Of a DNA stretch of 64,000 nucleotides, positions 19,683 to 30,147 are shown piece after piece. The stretch spans positions 832,001 to 896,000 of the forward strand of contig CAVSDR010000003.1 in NCBI GenBank assembly GCA_963726745.1, given 5' to 3'. The stretch comes from an uncultured Verrucomicrobiae bacterium. GTDB taxonomy: Bacteria; Verrucomicrobiota; Verrucomicrobiia; Chthoniobacterales; UBA10450. The notes under the pieces are model-generated. The model had not been told where the DNA came from. It did no database searches and was given only the letters and a program-made list of their open reading frames with translations. Made by a program: the position numbers and the translations under genes. Positions within the stretch are counted from its first letter, which is position 1. The number at the start of each line of letters is the position of its first letter.

Positions 19683-21419
19683 ATGCCTGGTCCCGCTGAC
19701 TTCATCCAACGTTCGGTGCACGCCCTCGAGGCGGGTGGTCTTGCGGTCTGGGTGCGACGCGGCCTGGCCTTCCTCGTGATCGTCTTGCTGGCTCTTTTTT
19801 ATCTGATCCACGAGTTCCGCGGCCTGGCCACTTCGCAGGCGATGGACCAGGCGCAGATCGCGCGCAATCTTGCCAACGGCGAAGGCTTCCACACCGATCT
19901 CATCCGCCCGCTGGCCATCGGCCAGTTGCAGCGCGCCAACAAGGATGTCGCCCGGCGCATCTGGTCGGATACCTACAACGCGCCGCTCCCGCCGCTGGTC
20001 AACGCGGTCGCGCTTCGCCCGCTCAAGAGCCATTGGAAAATGTCGCCCGCGGAGGTGGTTTACTCCGGCGACAAGATCATCGCATTTTTCTCGATCTGCT
20101 TCTTCCTCGCCTCGGTCGCGGTCCTCTTTTTCGTCGCCCGCCGGCTCTTCGACGACCGGCTCGCGATCCTCGCCTGCGCGCTCATTCTCCTCTGCGATAT
20201 GATGTGGCAATACTCGCTCTCGGGTTTGCCGCAGATGCTGCTCCTCTTCCTTTTTAACAGCACGCTCTACGTGCTCGTGCGCGCGGTCCAGGCGCAGGCC
20301 GCCGGCGGCCGTGTGGGCCTTTGGCTGGCCGCGGTCGGCGCTGGTTTCGGGCTGCTGGCGCTCGCGCACGCGCTCACCATCTGGATCTTTTTCGCAGCGC
20401 TGGTCTACGCAGTGTTCTACTTCAAGCCCCGCGGCTGGGCGGCGCTGATCATCCTCGGAGTGTTCCTGCTTTTCTATGCGCCTTGGCTCTTGCGCAATTT
20501 CATCCTCACCGGCAATCCCGCGGGCGTGGCCTGGTATTCCGTCCTCGATGGAATCAACCAATCCGAGGCCGGCTACATGCGGCATCTCTCGATTGATTTC
20601 TCCACGATCACGCCCGGCCTGTTTAAGAATAAATGGACCGGCAATCTGCGCACGCAGCTCGGCGGTGTCTTTGGCTACCTCGGCTGGAGCGTGGCCGCGC
20701 TTTCCTTCTTCATTAGCCTGCTCCATCTCTTCAAGCGCCGGGAGACGGCGGCCATGCGCTGGCTGGTCCTGGCGATGTGGGCCGGGGCTGCTCTCGGGAT
20801 GGTGGTCTACGGCGTACACGAGGAACAAGGCGTGGCCGCGAACCAGCTTTACCTGCTTTTTGTCCCGATCATGACCTGCTACGGCCTGGCTTATCTCCTG
20901 GTGCAATGGAACCGCCTGGAGATTTCGATGAAGCTCGCGCGCATCGGCTTCATTACCCTGCTCTTTCTCCTCTGCGCGCTGCCGATGTTGCTGAACATGT
21001 TCCTGCCGCAGACGAACCGGCCTGGGGTGCATTGGCCGCCTTACATCCCGCCGTTTATTTCCGTGCTGAACGACTGGATGCGCCCCGAGGAAGTGATCGC
21101 TTCCGACATGCCGTGGGCGGTCTCGTGGTATGCCGATCGCCGCTCGATCTGGCTTCCGGAAACCGTTCCCGCATTCACTGAGCTGCACGATTACGGCGTC
21201 GTCGGTGCGCCGCTTAACGGCCTCTACCTTACGCCCGTCAGCGGCAGCCAGAATACCCTCAGCGACATCCTCAAGGGCGAGTATCGCGACTGGGCTGCGG
21301 TCATTTTGCGGAGTATCGATATCTCGAAGTTCCCGCTGAAGTGGGCTACGCTCCTCGGGCTGGAAGGCGAGTGCGTTTTCTTCGCCGATGTCGACCGCCA
21401 GCGCCTGCCTGCGCCCTAA
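19683..21419 (+). CDS. GT-C (GT39/ArnT-like) multi-pass membrane glycosyltransferase
   Basis: D.AQIARNL..GEG and PLPPL near the N-terminus; more than 10 hydrophobic segments; soluble C-terminal domain. Confidence 0.6.
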   Translation: MPGPADFIQRSVHALEAGGLAVWVRRGLAFLVIVLLALFYLIHEFRGLATSQAMDQAQIARNLANGEGFHTDLIRPLAIGQLQRANKDVARRIWSDTYNAPLPPLVNAVALRPLKSHWKMSPAEVVYSGDKIIAFFSICFFLASVAVLFFVARRLFDDRLAILACALILLCDMMWQYSLSGLPQMLLLFLFNSTLYVLVRAVQAQAAGGRVGLWLAAVGAGFGLLALAHALTIWIFFAALVYAVFYFKPRGWAALIILGVFLLFYAPWLLRNFILTGNPAGVAWYSVLDGINQSEAGYMRHLSIDFSTITPGLFKNKWTGNLRTQLGGVFGYLGWSVAALSFFISLLHLFKRRETAAMRWLVLAMWAGAALGMVVYGVHEEQGVAANQLYLLFVPIMTCYGLAYLLVQWNRLEISMKLARIGFITLLFLLCALPMLLNMFLPQTNRPGVHWPPYIPPFISVLNDWMRPEEVIASDMPWAVSWYADRRSIWLPETVPAFTELHDYGVVGAPLNGLYLTPVSGSQNTLSDILKGEYRDWAAVILRSIDISKFPLKWATLLGLEGECVFFADVDRQRLPAP

Positions 21420-21444
21420 CGACCGCTCTCCCCTTCCCTTTGCG

Positions 21445-22833
21445 GTGACCACTCAAGCGAACAAACTTTTCGGGACCGATGGCGTGCGCGGCGTGGCCAA
21501 CGTCGAGCCGGTCACCGCCGAAACCGCGCTCAAGCTCGGACGCGCCGCCGCGCACGTTTTTACCCAGCTCAATCCGCGCACCCGGCCGGCCGATGCGCGG
21601 CCGAAGATCGTCCTCGGGAAAGACACGCGCCTCTCCGGCTACATGCTGGAGAACGCGCTCGTGGCCGGGATCACTTCGCTGGGCGTGGACGTGCTCGTGA
21701 TCGGGCCGCTGCCTACGCCGGGCGTGGCCTACATCACTCGTTCGTTGCGCGCCGACGCCGGCATTGTCCTCTCGGCCTCGCACAATTCCTATGAGGACAA
21801 CGGGATCAAATTCTTCCGGCACGACGGCTACAAATTAGACGACAAGATCGAGCACGAGATCGAGCGGCTGGTCTTCACCGGCGAGATCGACAACGTCCGC
21901 CCGACCGCGGGCAACATTGGCCGCGCCACCCGGATCGACGACGCGCTCGGACGTTACGTGGAATTCGCCAAGGCCAGCTTCCCGCGCGGGATGTCGCTCG
22001 AGAAAATGCGGATCGCGGTCGATGTGGCCAATGGCGCCGGCTACAAATCGACCCCGTGCATTCTGCGCGAACTCGGCGCGGACGTGCTCGTCTTTCATAA
22101 CGCGCCGAACGGGACGAACATCAACGCCCATTGCGGCAGCACCCACCCGGAGGAAATCCAGCGGCTGGTGCGCGAGACCGGGGCGCACGTTGGCCTAACG
22201 AATGATGGCGATGCCGACCGCGTGCTCCTGTGCGACGAGAACGGCGAGACCGTGGATGGCGACGAAATCCTGGCGATTGCCGCGATCGATCTCCTGCGCT
22301 CCGGGCAACTGCGCGAAAACACCCTCGTGGCCACGGTCATGAGCAACTTCGGCCTGGATGAGGCGCTCGAATCCGCCGGCGGCAAAGTTTTGCGCACGAA
22401 AGTGGGCGATCGCTACGTGATCGAGGAAATGGTCCGGCGCGACCTCAACCTCGGCGGCGAACAAAGCGGCCACATGATCTTCCGCGACTACAGCACGACC
22501 GGCGACGGCATTGTCAGCGGGCTGCAAATCCTGCGGATCATGAAGGCGACCGGGAAACCTTTGAGCGAACTCAAGCGCTGCCTGCAAAAGTATCCGCAGG
22601 CGCAGCGCAATCTTCGCGTCAAAGCGAAGCCTCCATTGGAGGAAATGCCCGCGGTCTTGCAGCTGGTGAGCGCGGCCGAACGCGAGCTGAACGGCAAAGG
22701 CCGCGTGCTCCTGCGCTACTCCGGCACGGAGCCGAAGATCCGTTTGCTGATCGAGGGCCGCGAGCGGACGCAAATCGACCAGCAGGCCGACCGGATCGCG
22801 GAAGCGATCGAGCGCGCGATCGGCGCGTCCTAA
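21445..22833 (+). CDS. glmM: Phosphoglucosamine mutase
   Basis: LFGTDGVRG, GKDTRLSGYM, SASHN, DGDADR, GGEQSGH and RYSGTEP. Confidence 0.95.
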   Translation: MTTQANKLFGTDGVRGVANVEPVTAETALKLGRAAAHVFTQLNPRTRPADARPKIVLGKDTRLSGYMLENALVAGITSLGVDVLVIGPLPTPGVAYITRSLRADAGIVLSASHNSYEDNGIKFFRHDGYKLDDKIEHEIERLVFTGEIDNVRPTAGNIGRATRIDDALGRYVEFAKASFPRGMSLEKMRIAVDVANGAGYKSTPCILRELGADVLVFHNAPNGTNINAHCGSTHPEEIQRLVRETGAHVGLTNDGDADRVLLCDENGETVDGDEILAIAAIDLLRSGQLRENTLVATVMSNFGLDEALESAGGKVLRTKVGDRYVIEEMVRRDLNLGGEQSGHMIFRDYSTTGDGIVSGLQILRIMKATGKPLSELKRCLQKYPQAQRNLRVKAKPPLEEMPAVLQLVSAAERELNGKGRVLLRYSGTEPKIRLLIEGRERTQIDQQADRIAEAIERAIGAS

Positions 22834-22841
22834 ATTTTTCC

Positions 22842-23546
22842 ATGACTCTCCATCGCATCATCGAGGCGTTGCTCTTTAGCGCTCAAAAACCGCTGACCAC
22901 GCGGGAATTAGTCAGCGCGATCAAAGGCGCGGGCGACGAGGAGGAACTCGTGCCGAACGAGTTTGGGAAGGTGAAGGAAGCGGAGGTCGCCGCGGCGCTC
23001 GAGGAGCTCAAGGTGGAGTTGATCGAGCAGGGCCGCGCGTTCCAATTGCTCGAGCGCGCCGAGGGCTGGCAACTCGCGAGCGACCCGGCCTACGCGCGCT
23101 GGGTGCGACAACTTTTTCCGGCGGTCAAGCCCGCGCGCCTGACCCCGCCGGCCTTGGAGACGCTCGCGATCGTGGCCTACCGCCAGCCGATCACGCGCGC
23201 GGACATCGAGGCGGTGCGCGGTGTCGCGGTCGATAGCGTGCTCCAGAGTTTGATGGAGCGCGGGTTGGTGAAAATCGCCGGGCGCGCCGAGGTCCCCGGG
23301 CGGCCGTTGCTCTACGAGACGACGCAGTTTTTCCTGGATCACTTCGGCTTGAAGAATCTCGACGAACTCCCGAACGCGCAGGAACTCCGCAAGCGCTACC
23401 TGCCGACGGCCGCCCCGGCGGCGCCGCCTGCAGAAGAACCGGTGCAGGCGGAGTTGCCCACCGCGGAGGGGACGGCGGAATCGCCCAGCGAGGCGCCGGC
23501 GGAAGAACCCAAGCCGCCGAGCGAAGAAGAAGCGCCCGCTTCCTAA
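22842..23546 (+). CDS. scpB: SMC-Scp complex subunit ScpB
   Basis: IEALLF, LETLAIVAYRQPITRADIEAVRGV, PGRPLLY.TT..FL.HFGL. Confidence 0.93.
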   Translation: MTLHRIIEALLFSAQKPLTTRELVSAIKGAGDEEELVPNEFGKVKEAEVAAALEELKVELIEQGRAFQLLERAEGWQLASDPAYARWVRQLFPAVKPARLTPPALETLAIVAYRQPITRADIEAVRGVAVDSVLQSLMERGLVKIAGRAEVPGRPLLYETTQFFLDHFGLKNLDELPNAQELRKRYLPTAAPAAPPAEEPVQAELPTAEGTAESPSEAPAEEPKPPSEEEAPAS

Positions 23547-24569
23547 ATCCGCGACCACCTCGGGTTCGCGCAGACGCGGCGGCGTTGGATTTTCGCCCTC
23601 GTCGCGCCCGCCGCCCACGCGGACTTTTTTCATCTCCACCTTGATGAAGCTGAGGACGACCGGCGCCAGGATGATGCCGGCAATGCCCATGAGCCGGTCG
23701 CCAATCAGGAGCGCGAGCAAGGTGAGCCACATCGGGTGATGAATCCGGCCGCCGATGATGTTGCTGTTTAAAAAATACTCGAGCTTGTGGATGACCACGA
23801 GGAAGACAAAGGCCCACGCGGCCAGCTTTGGCGAGATGGTGAAGGCGATCCCGATGATGACGGTGTTGCTGATGATGTTGCCGATGATCGGCAAAAGCCC
23901 GCAGAAGAAAGTCAGGATAATGACCACGGTGGCGTAGCGCAGGCCGCAGGCGAGGACGAAGACCGCGGTCAGGGTGGTGTTGATCGCGGAGATGATCAGC
24001 TGCGCGCCGATGACGATTTCGAAGCTGCGGTAGAAGGAGCGAAACCGCTCCCGGATGAGCGTGGTGTAGTAGGAGTAAAGATCGTTCGGCTTTCGCTGGC
24101 GCTCGCGTTCCGGCTCGAAGTGGGGATTGAGGAAAACGCCCACGGCCACGACCACGCCGATGACCAGGAAGAGGAATTCCTTGGTCGCGATCTTGACGTA
24201 GAGACCCAGGTTCCCGAGGACATCGCGCACGCTGTCGAGCGCCACTGCGCGCAGGCCTTCCATGTCGGTGAAGGGCAACTCCACGCCCCGCGCCTCGGCG
24301 TATTTCACGACTACGGGCACCGCCGTTTCCACGATCTCGGGCAGGACCACGAGGGCGCGCTTAAGGAAGAAGACGAACCCGGAAAAGCCGACCGCGAGCA
24401 GGACGATGAAGAGTGTGACCGCGATCCATTTCCGGCCGAAGAAGGTGAGCTTGCTGAGCGCGAAATAGCAGAAGAGCGCGGCCAGGAACGGCGTGGCCAA
24501 CTGCAGGGCGGCCGCGAAAATGAGCAGCAGCGCAAAGACGAGGTAGGAGATGGCGACAGGGCGTTGCAC
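23543..24569 (-). CDS. AI-2E (PerM) family transporter; stop probably lost through one extra base near 23545
   Basis: Multiple TM helices, LPIIG, EY.L...IIG....HP and G.AGIILAP; as written it reads through antisense to scpB, and deleting one T gives GAT TAG. Confidence 0.75.
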
Positions 24570-24657
24570 AGAGTTTCCGCGGGCAGACTATTCTCGAAAG
24601 CACGCGTCGGCTACGGACGAATTCTCGCCCGACATCGCCGTCCGAGGCGCGGAGAAA

Positions 24658-25209
24658 TTAGGCGGCAAGACGCGCGGCGTCTTTATGCCCGAGGATGCGC
24701 ACGGTTTGCTGGAGCTGCTCGACCTCGAGCGGCTTCTTCAAGACGGTCACCGGGCCATGGGCAAGGATGCGGTCGAGCATTTCACTGTCCGGATAACCCG
24801 TGATGATCACGATCGGGAGTTCCGGGTCGATCTTCTTGGCCGCGGCGTAGACGTCGTCCGCAGGGCCATCGGGCAATTTGAGATCGAGAAAGAGCAGGTC
24901 AAAGCGCTGCTTGTCGAGCGCGGCCAGGGCTTCCTTGACGGTGCCCACGACCACACGGCTAAAGCCGATCTTCTTGAGGAAGAGCTTGAAGAGGCTCTGG
25001 AGGCTTTCGTCGTCATCGACCACGAGCACGGTCGGCTGACCGGCCTTGTCCTCCTTGAGGATGTCCTTGTCGAGCGAGGCCTTTTTGATCCGCCACCGGC
25101 CGCCGATCTGAATCGCCGGGAGCTGCCCGCGTTGCACAAGATAGTAGACGGTCGGCAAAGGGATCCGCAGGTATTTCGCGGTTTCCTTAACCGTTAAGAG
25201 GTTGTGCAT
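24658..25209 (-). CDS. Excisionase-like (HTH_17) DNA-binding domain fused to a receiver domain
   Basis: LLTVKETAKYLRI...TVY..VQRGQLPA.QIGGRWRI followed by LVVDDD...LFLDL...ITG...KP. Confidence 0.85.
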   Translation of the reverse strand: MHNLLTVKETAKYLRIPLPTVYYLVQRGQLPAIQIGGRWRIKKASLDKDILKEDKAGQPTVLVVDDDESLQSLFKLFLKKIGFSRVVVGTVKEALAALDKQRFDLLFLDLKLPDGPADDVYAAAKKIDPELPIVIITGYPDSEMLDRILAHGPVTVLKKPLEVEQLQQTVRILGHKDAARLAA

Positions 25210-25267
25210 GGGCGAGGTTTCAGCAGAGCGAAACTCGGCGAGCAAGCCTTTTTCGTCTTCGGTTTTG

Positions 25268-25296
25268 AGAATTTCGGGTTTGCGCTTGATTGTCAA
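25268..25296 (-). promoter_or_regulatory. Putative sigma70 promoter of the HTH-receiver gene
   Basis: Perfect TTGACA, 17-bp spacer, weak -10 AATTCT. Confidence 0.4.
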
Positions 25297-25431
25297 TGTC
25301 CCTTTCTGAAACCCGGATTCTAGGAGCGAATTCGACTCCTGCGGGCGGAGCGAAAGCTGCACGCGTGATTCCGGTAGCCCCAGATATGCTGCTGGACAAG
25401 GGGAGTCGCAGAGATAACCGTTTTGACTTCC

Positions 25432-26055
25432 ATGAGCGTCCTGTTCTTTAAGCGTTTCCTCCAGCGGCCCTTTCAGGTCGCCTCGATCATTCCCAGTTCC
25501 AAGGCGATGGTCGAGCGCGTGGCCAGCAAAATGGATTTTTCGCAGCCGCGCGTGATCGCGGAATACGGACCGGGCGAAGGCGTCCACTCCCGGGAGATCG
25601 CCCGCCGGATGGGCCCGGGCTCGACCTTGATCCTTTTCGAACTGGACCCGGATCTCTCGCGCGATCTCGAGCGCCAGTTTGCCCACGACCCCCGGGTGCA
25701 CGTGATCCACGGCAACGCCGCGCAGCTCCCGCAAGAACTCGAACGTCTCGGCGTGCCGCACTGCGATTACATCGTCTCCGGCATTCCCTTTAGCATTCTC
25801 GACCTGGAGAAGAAGCGCGCGCTCCTGCAGAAGACCTACGACGCGATCGTCCCCGGCGGCAGCTTCATCATCTACCAGGTGACGAACGAACTGCGGCAGC
25901 ATGCGACCCACTTCGAGCACGCGAAATCGGAGTATTTCCTGCAAAACATTCCGCCGATGTTCATCACCGTCTTCACCAAGGCCGTGGCGCGGAATGGCGC
26001 GAGCCATTCGGCCATGCCAGCTCCGACACAGGTTCCGCTCAAGCAAACGGCATGA
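25432..26055 (+). CDS. Class I SAM methyltransferase, phospholipid N-methyltransferase (PmtA-like)
   Basis: SIIPSS, EYGPGEG, IVSGIPF, PGG.FI.YQ and N.PP motifs. Confidence 0.8.
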   Translation: MSVLFFKRFLQRPFQVASIIPSSKAMVERVASKMDFSQPRVIAEYGPGEGVHSREIARRMGPGSTLILFELDPDLSRDLERQFAHDPRVHVIHGNAAQLPQELERLGVPHCDYIVSGIPFSILDLEKKRALLQKTYDAIVPGGSFIIYQVTNELRQHATHFEHAKSEYFLQNIPPMFITVFTKAVARNGASHSAMPAPTQVPLKQTA

Positions 26056-27474
26056 GTTCTTCCGGCGCGGTTCGCACGGAAAAGGACTCGATGGGGGAAA
26101 TGTCCGTCCCGGAGGCGGCGCTCTACGGCGCCTCCACCCAGCGCGCGGTCCTGAATTTTCCGGTCAGCGGTTACCGTTTCCCGCGGCCCTTCATCCGTGC
26201 GCTCGGCCTGCTCAAATGGGCCGCCGCGCAGGCAAATCACGATCTCGGCCTGCTCGAGGCGCATCGCTCGGCGCTGATCGTGCAGGCAGCGGAGGAAGTG
26301 ATCGAGGGGAAATGGGACGACCACTTCCCGCTCGACATCTTCCAGACCGGCTCGGGCACGAGCACGAACACCAACGCCAACGAGGTGATCTCGAACCGTT
26401 GCTGCCAGCTCGCAGGCCAGCCGATCGGCGCGCGCGACCCGGTGCACCCGAACGACCATGTGAACATGGGGCAGTCGAGCAACGACGTGATCCCCTCGGC
26501 GATTCACCTGAGCGCAGCCGAGGAACTGAAGAACAGCCTGCAACCTGCGCTCGAGAAATTAGCGCGCGCGTTCACCGCGAAGGCGGAGGAATTCCACGAC
26601 GTCATCAAGATTGGCCGGACGCACTTGATGGATGCGACCCCGGTGCGGCTGGGCCAGGAATTCGGCGGCTACGCGCAGCAGATATCCTACGGCGCGGAGC
26701 GCGCGCGCAAGGCGATCGCCGCACTCGAGGAGCTGCCGCTCGGCGGGACCGCGGTCGGCACCGGGCTTGAATCGCCACCAGGATTTCCCGGCGAAAGTGA
26801 TGCGCCATCTCGAGCAGCGCACCGGCATTGCTTTTCGCGAAGCGACAAACCATTTCGAAGCGCAAGGCGCCAAGGACGGGATCGTGGAAGCGAGCGGCCT
26901 GCTGAAGACGATCGCAGTCAGCCTTTTCAAAATCGCCAACGACTTGCGTTGGCTGAGCAGTGGCCCGCGCTGCGGCCTCGGCGAGATTCAATTGCCCGCG
27001 ACGCAACCCGGGAGCTCGATCATGCCAGGGAAAGTAAACCCGGTGATCTGCGAGTCCGTGATGATGGTCTGTTCGCAGGTGATCGGCAACGATGCCTGCG
27101 TGACCTGGGCCGGCGCCAACGGCAACCTTGAGCTGAATGTGATGATGCCGGTGATGGCGCACGATCTTCTCGAGAGCATTCGCCTCTTGAGCAACGCCTC
27201 CGAAATGTTTGCCGAGAAATGCGTGCGCGGAATCGAGGCGAACCGCGAACGTTGCGCGGAGCTGGTCGAGCTGTCCATGGCCATGGTCACGAGCCTGGCG
27301 CCGAAGATTGGCTACGATCGCGCAGCCGAGATCGCCAAGGAAAGCGCCAAGACTGGACGAACCGTCCGCGAAATTTGCCGGGAACGCGCGGTTTTGCCGG
27401 AGGCGGAACTGGAAGCGGCGCTGGATCCGGTAGGCATGACGGAGCCGGGCGGCAGCGGATCGGCCGGCGGTTAG
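26052..27474 (+). CDS. fumC: Class II fumarate hydratase with a +1 frameshift near 26767
   Basis: [38 protein letters not shown] and GTAVGTG, then LN...[11 protein letters not shown] in the next frame. Confidence 0.92.
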
Positions 27475-27507
27475 ACAGCGACTTGTCCTGGCGGCAAAAG
27501 TTTCCCC

Positions 27508-27882
27508 ATGGTTGCCAATTTTCACGGCCCGCAATTCTCCGGCGGCGCCAACATCGCGATCAAGTGCCCCGCGCATACTTACGAGGCCACGGTCGCATTT
27601 TACCGCGACACCCTCGCGTTGCCGGTGATCGAGGAGGAGACCGACGGCGTTATTTTCCAGTTCGGCCCGATGCGCCTGTGGATCGACCGCGTCCCGAACC
27701 TGAGCCACCCCGACATTTGGCTGGAGCTGGAAACGAACGACACCGAGGCCGCTGCCTCTTACTTGAAGATCAACGGCGTGCCCCGTCGCGACGAAGTCGA
27801 GCAATTGCGGGAAGATTTCGACGGCTTCTGGATCAGCGATCCGGCGGGCGTGATCCATCTCGTCGTGGGCGACGAGGATTAG
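27508..27882 (+). CDS. VOC/glyoxalase superfamily protein
   Basis: VAFYRDTL.L and terminal WISDPAG; 124 aa. Confidence 0.7.
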   Translation: MVANFHGPQFSGGANIAIKCPAHTYEATVAFYRDTLALPVIEEETDGVIFQFGPMRLWIDRVPNLSHPDIWLELETNDTEAAASYLKINGVPRRDEVEQLREDFDGFWISDPAGVIHLVVGDED

Positions 27883-27897
27883 CCAGCGCTTTCGGCG

Positions 27898-28765
27898 CTA
27901 GGAAAGCGCTTCCGCGACCCGGGGCGTATTGAAGAAGAGATCCTCGAAGGTCGGCTGGAAAGCGCCGCCCGGGCTTTCGCCAATGACAAAACGCGGGCTG
28001 GGCTCGCGTTGTTCGGCGCAGAAGATTTCCATCCCGCGCCGGTCGAGTTTAGCCAGCAAGCTCTCGACCGCGCCGCGCGCCAGCTCGGGCGTGTTACAAT
28101 CGCGGCTCAGGTGGCCCATGACCACGCGCTCGATCTTGTTCCCGGGCAGCAACTGCTCGATCACCGCCGCGGCCGCAGTGTTCGAGAGATGCCCGTGACG
28201 CGACATGATCCGCTGCTTCACCGGCCAAGGGCGGAATTGGCAGGCCTGGAGAAGTTTCTCGTCGTGGTTCGTTTCGATCACGAGGGTGTGCACTTCGCGC
28301 AAGCCGCTCGACCAGCATCTTGGTCGCATGGCCGAGGTCGGTGATGAATCCGAGACCGCAACGTCCCGCATGGAAAGCGTAGCCGACCGGTTCGACTGCA
28401 TCATGCGGCACAGGAAAGGTCTGCACATGGATGTCGCAGATATCGAACTCGGCTCCGGTGCGAAAGATCCGCCAATTCCGGTGCCCGCCGAGCGCACCGC
28501 AACGGATCGCCTCGGCGGTTAGCGCGTTGCAATAGATCGGCACCTGCCATTTCCGGCAGAGCACTTCCAGGCCGCAAACATGATCGCCATGCTCATGCGT
28601 CAGAAGCACGCCATCGAGTTGTTCTGGGCGCACCCCGCAAACTTCCAGGCGTCGCACCAGCTGGCGCGCGCTCAAGCCGCCATCCACCAGCAGCCGGCAA
28701 TGCTCGGTCGCGATCAGGGCCGCATTCCCCGCGCTGCCGCTGCCGAGAATGGTGAGGCTGAACAC
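27898..28765 (-). CDS. MBL-fold metallohydrolase (YycJ/WalJ-like) with a +1 frameshift near 28301
   Basis: LGSGSAGN, THEHGDH, PHDA and TDLG, then ETNHD, GHLSN and GHLSRDCN in the next frame. Confidence 0.85.
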
Positions 28766-28908
28766 GCAGCGATGTTTACCGAATTGCCCGGAGGACACAA
28801 ACGGAAAGGAATTTCGCCGCGCGCCTTTTTCCCGAAAAACCGCGCGCGCCTCGGCTCGGCCGACTTCGCCGCTTGCACTCCGCGAGCGCACGAGGCAGCA
28901 TCGGCGCG

Positions 28909-29448
28909 ATGAAAAAAATCTTTTCCCTGCTCGTCGGCGCCGTTGTCCTTTTCCACGTTCACACCGGGTTCGCCGATGAGGCCAGCCATCGGCAAAGCGC
29001 AGAAGCGCTCCTCGGCTCCATGGGGATGGAAAAACTCCTGGCCCAATCAGTCGACCAGATGCTGCAGATGCAGGTGAAACAGAACCCGGCGATCGCCCCG
29101 TTCCAGACGGAGATGCGCGGCTTTCTCGATAAATACATGAGCTGGGAGAGCATGAAGGCGGACATGATCAAGGCCTACACCGAGGAGTTCACCGAGCAGG
29201 AACTCAAGGACCTGACCGCGTTTTACCAGACCCCGCTGGGCCAGAAGACCGTGCAGAAAATGCCTTCGCTCATGAGCAAGGGCGCCGAGCTCGGCCAACG
29301 CCGCATCCAGGAGCATCTCCCGGAATTGCAGGCTGCGATCGCTGCGAAAGGCGCCGCCGCCGCGGGAGCTGGTGCCGCCGCGGCCCCGCAAACCGCCGCC
29401 TCGCCCAAGGCGAGCGCGAGCGCTTCCGCTTCACCCGCCAAGAAGTAA
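28909..29448 (+). CDS. DUF2059 family exported protein
   Basis: Signal peptide; Y...FTEQEL..L.AFYQTPLGQK; Ala-rich tail. Confidence 0.8.
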   Translation: MKKIFSLLVGAVVLFHVHTGFADEASHRQSAEALLGSMGMEKLLAQSVDQMLQMQVKQNPAIAPFQTEMRGFLDKYMSWESMKADMIKAYTEEFTEQELKDLTAFYQTPLGQKTVQKMPSLMSKGAELGQRRIQEHLPELQAAIAAKGAAAAGAGAAAAPQTAASPKASASASASPAKK

Positions 29449-30147
29449 CGGGCCCGAGCGGCGAGCGGTGAGCGCGAGAATGCGCGCTTTTTTGCCGGCA
29501 TAATCCAGCGCACGAAAAGTCCGGATCTCCTCGAGGCGGCGCAGGCCGTTGAGGGTATCGAGGAATTTCGTGTAGCTCCCGGCCAGCTCCCCGGTCTCGG
29601 CATAACGTCCGCGCAAATCCCGGCAGCGATACGCTCCGGGATTTTTCGCGGCGAAAAGGTGGAAGCGCAGCCAGCGCCGATCGGTCCGCGAGACCTTTTG
29701 CGTCTTCCGAAAGAAGGCCACGAAAAGCAGGAGCACGAGATAGGTATCGACCTGCGCCTGCAGCTCGAGATTGCGCGCATACTCCTCCGCGTGGATCTCG
29801 CGCGCGCCTTGCTGGAATTGCAGGGCCGCGTGCAGCGCATGGTTGATCTCCTCCACAAAGGCGATCAGCGAGCGGATGTTCGCGTCGCTTAACCCATTCC
29901 GCGGGTCGTGCCGCTCGAGCTGCTCGATCAGCCAGCGCGAGTAATAAATGCCGACGTAAAGCTGGTCGTCCGCGCGCCGGAGAAAAGTGCGCGCGAGTTC
30001 GCTGAGCTCGCGCGCGGAAGCGCCAGCGGCTTTTGTCAGTTGCGCGCAGCGCGGCCCATCGATCAGGCAATCCTCAAGGTTGATCCCGACCTGCGCATAG
30101 GTCCGCTCAAAGAGTTTTTGGATCTGGCTGAAGAGCGTCTCGTTCAT
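29431..30147 (-). CDS. Hypothetical protein with a zincin-like EExxH...ELQA.VD motif
   Basis: Natural-looking composition; ATGA overlap with the upstream gene; VEEINH and LELQAQVD. Confidence 0.65.
   Translation of the reverse strand: MNETLFSQIQKLFERTYAQVGINLEDCLIDGPRCAQLTKAAGASARELSELARTFLRRADDQLYVGIYYSRWLIEQLERHDPRNGLSDANIRSLIAFVEEINHALHAALQFQQGAREIHAEEYARNLELQAQVDTYLVLLLFVAFFRKTQKVSRTDRRWLRFHLFAAKNPGAYRCRDLRGRYAETGELAGSYTKFLDTLNGLRRLEEIRTFRALDYAGKKARILALTARRSGPLLLGG

Noticed and set aside
22908..23542. Real ~630-bp antisense overlap of the AI-2E gene with scpB
   Set aside because: The extension is the antisense shadow of scpB, and removing one base restores a stop at 23543.
24658..25209. 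Prophage or ICE excisionase
   Set aside because: It is fused to a receiver domain, and there are no phage, integrase or att features nearby.
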